64,000 nt of DNA from a virus (taxonomy: Duplodnaviria > Caudoviricetes): positions 1,862 through 65,861 of the IMG/VR virus record IMGVR_UViG_3300030060_008569. One strand, given 5' to 3'. Of this stretch, positions 58,461 to 64,000 are shown piece by piece; position 1 is the first letter of the stretch, and each line of letters opens with the position of its first letter. The notes beneath the pieces were generated by a model. The model ran no database searches and was not told the DNA's origin. It saw only the letters and a program-made list of their open reading frames with translations. Position numbers and translations under genes: made by a program.

Positions 58461-60935
58461 ATGAGCTCCACACAAATAAATATCAAAAAACGCAACGGCA
58501 AACTTGAGAAGTTAAACATTAATAAAATAAATCTACGCGCAGAAATAGCGTGCGAGGGCTTAGAAGAGACATCCGCCAGTGAGATAGTGTTGGACGCACA
58601 CGTTCAATTCTACGACAAAATCACTACTCAGGAAATAGACAAGGCTCTCATTATGTCTGCCCGTCAGAAAATTGAAAAAGAGCCTAATTATGCGTATGCT
58701 GCTGGTAGACTTTTAGTTTCGAACATACATAAAGAAGTCTTCGGTGAAAGCCATGATAAAGATATTTTTCAAGCTCAATATAAAAACGCCTTTGTAAGAA
58801 ATTTAAAGAAGTTAATTAAGTTCGGAACGCTCAGAAAAGAGCTTTTAGACTTCGACCTGAAAGCTCTGGCAGAAGCTATAGACCCAGACAGGGATTTAAA
58901 ATTTAAATACCTTGGGGCACAAATAATCTACGACAGATACCTTCTTCACATAGATGGAAAACGACTAGAGACACCTCAAGCATTTTGGATGAGAGTGGCA
59001 ATGGGTCTGGCCATAAATGAAAAAGATAAAAATAATAAAGCTATCGAATTTTATAACGCGCTATCGCAGTTCCATCTTTGTTGCTCCACTCCTACCCTTT
59101 TTAATAGCGGGAGTGTTCGTAGTCAACTGTCTAGTTGTTATCTCAATACTTTTGATGACTCTATTGACGGTATTTTCGAAGGGGCTTGGCAGGAAGCTAG
59201 GAAATCTAAATACGCGGGAGGGCTAGGGTTTGACGTTACCAATTTTCGTTCGTCTGGCGCGTACATTAAGGGAACCAACGGAACATCAAGCGGTTTAGTT
59301 CCTTGGCTTAAAATTTACAACGACCTTTTAGTAGCAGTTAATCAAGGCGGAAAAAGGCCGGGAGCGGGTTGCGCTTATATTGAGCCTTGGCACTTGGATA
59401 TTGAAGAGTTCCTTGACCTCAAGAAAAACACAGGAGACGAACGCAGAAGGTGTCACGATTTAAACACGGCTAACTGGCTACCAGACCTTTTCTTGAAAAA
59501 AATCAACAATGACGAGGATTGGTATCTATTCTCTCCCTCGGATGTCAGGGACTTGCACGAATCTTTTGGCTCTGACTTCGATAAGAAGTACAAGAAGTAC
59601 TGCAAGCAAGCTGATGACGGGACCATAAAGAACTTCAAGGTAATTAAAGCCAAAGACCTATGGAAAAGAATGCTAAGAGTACTCTTTGAAACAGGTCACC
59701 CTTGGATGACCTTTAAAGACAATGCTAACATGCGTTACTCAAACTCTCATGAAGGGGTTGTCCACAGTTCCAATTTATGTACGGAAATCTTCCTACACAC
59801 AAAGCCCTCTCAATTCGACAAGGGGGTGAAGACGGAGGTTGGAGAAACAGCGGTTTGCAATTTAAGCTCTGTGAACCTAAAAGAACACCTAAAAGATAAT
59901 GGAGAATTAGACTTCAAGCTCCTATCAAAGACTATAGCAACGCAGATGCGCATGCTGGACAATGTTATTGATTTAAACTTTTACCCAACCAAGGAAGCAG
60001 AAAACTCAAACCTAAAACACCGCCCAGTAGGAGCTGGTTCGATGGGGTGGGCCGATGTGTTTAACTCTTACGAGGTAAACTTTTCTAGCGATGAAGCTGT
60101 AAAGTTCTCAGACGAATTGTATGAGTTTATTTCTTATCATTGCATCCTTAATTCTACTAAAATAGCAAAAGAAAAGGGAACCTACTCCACCTATGAAGGC
60201 TCCCTATGGAGTCAGGACACTCTGCCTATTGACACATACAAAAATTTGATAGATTATTTAGGTGAGAAGCAAATGATTCACAGGGGTAAAAAATATTGCC
60301 CTGAATTAGATTGGAAAAAAGTAAGGAGTCATATAAAAGAACATGGAATGCGTAATAGTAATACTATGGCAATTGCTCCAACCGCAACCATATCTTATAT
60401 CCAAGGTTGCTCTCCTTGCATTGAACCAGACTTTTCTGTATTTTTCGTTTACGAGAATAAAAGCGGGAATCTGACCATTATTAATGAGTGGTTCGTGAAG
60501 AAGTGCAAAGAGCTAAACATTTGGACTCCCAGCTTGATAGAAGCAATTAAAGCTGTTGATGGAGACCTGTCTAGTATCAGCGACGAGGTTATTCCTAAAG
60601 ACGTTAAAGAGCAGTTTAAGACCGCCTTTGACCACGACCAGTTTAAGCTAATTGAAGGTGCAGCCGCTAGACAGAAATGGATTGATATGGGGCAGTCCCT
60701 TAACCTATTCAACGACAATACGAGCTTGAAGTACCTCAATGACTTGTATATGTTCGCTAGAGCAAAGGGCTTAAAATCTACATACTATTTAAGGAATAAA
60801 AGTGCGAGCAAAATTGAGAAATCGACTGCGAATAGCGGTAACATTAATAATAGTGAGTCAAGTGGTGTTGATGGTGATAACATTACTGCTGAGGCTTGCT
60901 CAATCTTAGACCCAGAATGTGAAAGTTGTCAATAA
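58461..60935 (+). CDS. nrdA: class I ribonucleotide reductase alpha subunit with ATP cone
   Basis: IKKRNG ATP cone, TPTLFNSG, QLSSC, QGGKRPGA, SNLCTEI, VCNL.S, AIAPTA, YYLR, C-terminal CESCQ. Confidence 0.97.
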   Translation: MSSTQINIKKRNGKLEKLNINKINLRAEIACEGLEETSASEIVLDAHVQFYDKITTQEIDKALIMSARQKIEKEPNYAYAAGRLLVSNIHKEVFGESHDKDIFQAQYKNAFVRNLKKLIKFGTLRKELLDFDLKALAEAIDPDRDLKFKYLGAQIIYDRYLLHIDGKRLETPQAFWMRVAMGLAINEKDKNNKAIEFYNALSQFHLCCSTPTLFNSGSVRSQLSSCYLNTFDDSIDGIFEGAWQEARKSKYAGGLGFDVTNFRSSGAYIKGTNGTSSGLVPWLKIYNDLLVAVNQGGKRPGAGCAYIEPWHLDIEEFLDLKKNTGDERRRCHDLNTANWLPDLFLKKINNDEDWYLFSPSDVRDLHESFGSDFDKKYKKYCKQADDGTIKNFKVIKAKDLWKRMLRVLFETGHPWMTFKDNANMRYSNSHEGVVHSSNLCTEIFLHTKPSQFDKGVKTEVGETAVCNLSSVNLKEHLKDNGELDFKLLSKTIATQMRMLDNVIDLNFYPTKEAENSNLKHRPVGAGSMGWADVFNSYEVNFSSDEAVKFSDELYEFISYHCILNSTKIAKEKGTYSTYEGSLWSQDTLPIDTYKNLIDYLGEKQMIHRGKKYCPELDWKKVRSHIKEHGMRNSNTMAIAPTATISYIQGCSPCIEPDFSVFFVYENKSGNLTIINEWFVKKCKELNIWTPSLIEAIKAVDGDLSSISDEVIPKDVKEQFKTAFDHDQFKLIEGAAARQKWIDMGQSLNLFNDNTSLKYLNDLYMFARAKGLKSTYYLRNKSASKIEKSTANSGNINNSESSGVDGDNITAEACSILDPECESCQ

Positions 60936-61942
60936 TGAAGGATGGATTACTACTCGGAGAAGAAATAGCAGGGGTAAATCAAATATTACCCCACAAACAT
61001 GAATTTGCTTGGGACCTGTTCCTTAAAGGCGTAGCCAACAACTGGTCTCCCTCTGAAATTAATATGGGAGATGATGTTAATCAATGGAAAGGTGGCGAAT
61101 TATCTAATGATGAAAAATTACTCGTTAAAAGATGTCTTGGCTTTTTTGCTGGAAGTGAGTCCTTGGTTGGCAATAATCTATTACTTACTGTCGCGAGGTG
61201 GGTAACAGACCCAGAGTGCCGCCAATACATTCTTAGGCAAGCCTACGAAGAGTCTCTACACAACTGGACCGTGGTTACATGTTGCGACTCTTACTCCCTT
61301 AAAGTTGCTGATGTGTACGAGGCTTACGTTAATATCTCATCAATCAAAGCTAAAGATGATTTTTTGATGGAAATTACAACAGATGTAAACAGGCCCGACT
61401 TCTCCACCAGAACAATAGAAGGTAAAAGAGAATTCTTAAGGAACTTAATTAGCTACTACATTGTTTGTGAAGGTACATTTTTCTTCAGCGGATTTGCCAT
61501 GCTACTTGCGCTTGGTAGACAAAATAAGCTGCCCGGACTTTCTGACCAAATTAGGTATACCCTCAGAGATGAGAGCTTACACATTCAATTTGGAACGTAT
61601 CTAATAAATACTATCAAAGAACAGTATCCATCGGTGTGGACGAAGAAGTTTGAGCAGGAAACTACTGAGCACATCAAAAAAGCTGTAGAGCTTGAGATAC
61701 AATATGCTCATGACGTTCTCCCAAGAGGAATCTTGGGTCTTAATGCTGATATGTTTGTAGATTATATGCAATACATAGGCAACAGGAGGCTTGAAGGCAT
61801 TGGCATCGACTTCCGTTTCGACAGCGACCAGAATCCATTCCCGTGGCTTGCTGAAGTTGTTGATACGGGAGCGATGACCAATTTCTTTGAAAGGAAGGTT
61901 AAAGATTACCAGAACTCTGGAGTGCTGGAGGATGATTTTTAA
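60935..61942 (+). CDS. nrdB: class I ribonucleotide reductase beta subunit, class Ic (R2c)-like
   Basis: FFAGSESLVGNN, EESLHNWTV, EG.FF.SGF, RDESLH, NFFE..V..Y; TAATG overlap with nrdA. Confidence 0.95.
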   Translation: MKDGLLLGEEIAGVNQILPHKHEFAWDLFLKGVANNWSPSEINMGDDVNQWKGGELSNDEKLLVKRCLGFFAGSESLVGNNLLLTVARWVTDPECRQYILRQAYEESLHNWTVVTCCDSYSLKVADVYEAYVNISSIKAKDDFLMEITTDVNRPDFSTRTIEGKREFLRNLISYYIVCEGTFFFSGFAMLLALGRQNKLPGLSDQIRYTLRDESLHIQFGTYLINTIKEQYPSVWTKKFEQETTEHIKKAVELEIQYAHDVLPRGILGLNADMFVDYMQYIGNRRLEGIGIDFRFDSDQNPFPWLAEVVDTGAMTNFFERKVKDYQNSGVLEDDF

Positions 61943-62404
61943 TCATTCTTTCATTTTTCCTATGATTGAATCCTCGTGAACAACACCGCACCAAGTCTCA
62001 TCACGGTTGTCTCCGATTACCCAATACTCTTTTTCCTCTAACGTCCAAGGGTACATGGATACCCCTTCGGTGACATTTATGTGACTAAATTCATCAAGAT
62101 ACAAGTCTCCATTTACAAATATCCAACCCTCTATAATTTCTATAGTATCCCTCGGTAAACCTAAAACCCTCTTAATCATAAAATCATCATCTTGGTAATC
62201 ATAAAAGAGTATTACATCACCCCTCTTAGGAAGCTCAAACTCGTAAGATAGTTTATCAACCAGTATTAAGTCTAAATTCTTGTTAGATGGATTCATAGAG
62301 TCACCAATTACGACCACTGGCTCATAACCAAACGAATAAACAAAAACGAGAATACAACCTAAAATTAATAATCTTATGTCTTTTTTTTGCTCTTTTGAAA
62401 GCAT
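61943..62404 (-). CDS. lepB: signal peptidase I
   Basis: N-terminal TM, GDSMNP (Ser), RGDVI, IKRVLGLP.D (Lys), GDNR. Confidence 0.88.
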   Translation of the reverse strand: MLSKEQKKDIRLLILGCILVFVYSFGYEPVVVIGDSMNPSNKNLDLILVDKLSYEFELPKRGDVILFYDYQDDDFMIKRVLGLPRDTIEIIEGWIFVNGDLYLDEFSHINVTEGVSMYPWTLEEKEYWVIGDNRDETWCGVVHEDSIIGKMKE

Positions 62405-62482
62405 TTATATATATTTACACCTATTTATTTTTCTAAAAAACAGTTTTCCCTAGTATTAGTTTGACGTGTAATATAGACTAGA

Positions 62483-62767
62483 ATGGACGCACAATTACTT
62501 TTTAACATAGTGTTAGGGTGTACCAGTGCATTGGCTGGATGGCTTTTCAAGGTTCTCTACGACCAACTCAAGGACGCTCAAGAGGAGATAAACGACCTAG
62601 AAGATAAGGTGGAGAGTGACCATCGCCTGATGCAAGAAAAAATTAATAATCTAGCCTTATCCCTTCCCGAGAAATACGTAAATAAAGGCGACTTCACAGA
62701 ACTTCAAAAAGTAATGCACCACAGATTCGACAAGCTTGAAGAAAAGCTCGACGCCCTTAAAAAATAA
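62483..62767 (+). CDS. single-TM coiled-coil protein
   Basis: N-terminal TM, then YV.K.DF......RFDKLE.KLD. Confidence 0.6.
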   Translation: MDAQLLFNIVLGCTSALAGWLFKVLYDQLKDAQEEINDLEDKVESDHRLMQEKINNLALSLPEKYVNKGDFTELQKVMHHRFDKLEEKLDALKK

Positions 62768-62809
62768 TATCTTTACAAATTAGCTCTCGATGCATACAAT
62801 ATAATCAGT

Positions 62810-64000
62810 ATGCCGTTACCAAGTTTTGGTTTTTCACATTCTGAAAATAAGAAAGGGCTAGAGGGTGAACCTGATTCGCCATTGTTGAGTTCTGCTCGCA
62901 GGTCGAACAGGGTTAAATTATCATACCGCTACATACCAGAGCATTACCCAAGCAACCAAAGAGTAAACTTAAATAGAGTAAACAGAATAGTTTTTGAAAA
63001 TGCGTATGGGCTAGGAGACGTTTTTGTTAGCAGGTCTTTAGTAGATAGAATAGTCAGAGAGTTCCCAGATAAAGATTTTTTCTATATTCACGATTACTCT
63101 AATCACCTATTTAAAGATTTAAATTTAGAAGAGATTTCTCATGAAGATTTCTACAAAAAATTCAACACTCGCAGCCAGTTTTATATATCCGAAGAAATTA
63201 AAGGCTACTTTAAAGACCCCTCTTCGGCTCCAGAAGGTTACAAATTAAAGCAAAGGCAAGATAAGAATTGGTACTTAGACGGAGAGACAGAGCCAGCGGT
63301 AAATGATGTAAATCTTCAGTTAGCTTTCGTTAAAGACACTATGCACGTTAATACTTGGTATCACGCTCCACTTAACGCAATCAATGAGTATGGAGGGAGC
63401 TGCTGGCCGGTGCTGGTTTATAACTTCAATGAACTTTTCAGGGTGCTCGGTATAGAAGAAAGCATAAATGAAAACCCCAACAACTACCTACCTCAAGTAG
63501 ACTACGCGACTTATGAACTTGAACCATACAAGTCCAGAATAAACTCTATAAGCTCTAAATTTGACAGGGTAGTATTGGTTTGCAATGAAATACCATCTAC
63601 AGCCCCTATAGTTAGAAAATTTGACTTCGACTCGCTAATTAAACCTTATACGGCTAAAAATCAAAACACCGCTTTTATATTTACCACAAAAACCAACTAC
63701 AAAGACAAAAATATATTTTTTACAGACGATGTGCTTGAGGGCGCGCCTCGCCCCGATTTAATATACATGGGGTATATTGCTAGACACTGTGATTTAATTA
63801 TAGGTAGGAACTCCGGCCCGTTCACGTACTGCATGACTAAAGAAAATTTGATTGATAGCCCTAAAAAATTCCTATCAACCACAGACCACCCCATGCTATG
63901 CGAGTTTTTACCTGACAGGGATGAAAAATCTCTTGAGTTTGTTTCGCCCTACAATGAGCCTGATTTTCTCAAAATGCTAGACAGCAACCTCAACAAGTGA
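62810..64000 (+). CDS. putative glycosyltransferase (GT9-like)
   Basis: GLGDVF, CDLIIGRNSGP; TGA at the window end. Confidence 0.55.
   Translation: MPLPSFGFSHSENKKGLEGEPDSPLLSSARRSNRVKLSYRYIPEHYPSNQRVNLNRVNRIVFENAYGLGDVFVSRSLVDRIVREFPDKDFFYIHDYSNHLFKDLNLEEISHEDFYKKFNTRSQFYISEEIKGYFKDPSSAPEGYKLKQRQDKNWYLDGETEPAVNDVNLQLAFVKDTMHVNTWYHAPLNAINEYGGSCWPVLVYNFNELFRVLGIEESINENPNNYLPQVDYATYELEPYKSRINSISSKFDRVVLVCNEIPSTAPIVRKFDFDSLIKPYTAKNQNTAFIFTTKTNYKDKNIFFTDDVLEGAPRPDLIYMGYIARHCDLIIGRNSGPFTYCMTKENLIDSPKKFLSTTDHPMLCEFLPDRDEKSLEFVSPYNEPDFLKMLDSNLNK

Noticed and set aside
58461-60935. Intein or intron in nrdA
   Set aside because: Continuous 824-aa ORF of normal size with no splicing motifs
1-64000. 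Stop-codon reassignment as seen in some jumbo phages
   Set aside because: Known genes are full length in code 11, and TAA, TGA and TAG all terminate genes
1-64000. Cellular (bacterial) origin of the contig given the many metabolic genes
   Set aside because: rIIA/rIIB, dNMP kinase, dense orphan small ORFs, repeated early promoters and isolated host-like genes indicate a large phage

Overview
This is a 64 kb segment of a large (jumbo/huge-type) dsDNA bacteriophage genome in the standard genetic code. It has no virion-structural or DNA polymerase genes. Genes run almost entirely on the minus strand to ~53.7 kb and on the plus strand afterwards. The first ~15 kb is an early-type region (DUF932, RuvB-like ATPase, rIIA/rIIB, sigma-70 factor, UvsE, many small ORFs), driven by a repeated TTGACA-17-TATATT promoter that often fires leaderless transcripts. 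The rest is dense in host-like auxiliary genes: glycan/capsule enzymes; an ornithine cyclodeaminase - proline dehydrogenase - MotA/ExbB-like - ferredoxin - ExbD/MotB-like operon; an HPPD-like/aldehyde dehydrogenase/lysine-6-dehydrogenase-like operon; SpeD, bS21, an aminoacyl-tRNA-protein transferase, tmRNA with a 30-aa tag, tRNA-Arg(UCU), two more sigma factors, Hsp20, signal peptidase I, nucleotide enzymes and a tyrosyl-radical-less (class Ic-like) ribonucleotide reductase. The best candidates for undescribed biology are the amino-acid-oxidation/ion-channel operon, the lysine-catabolism-like operon, two or three structured non-coding RNAs and a second GTGTAA promoter class. All protein calls come from motifs recognised by eye; no searches were run.
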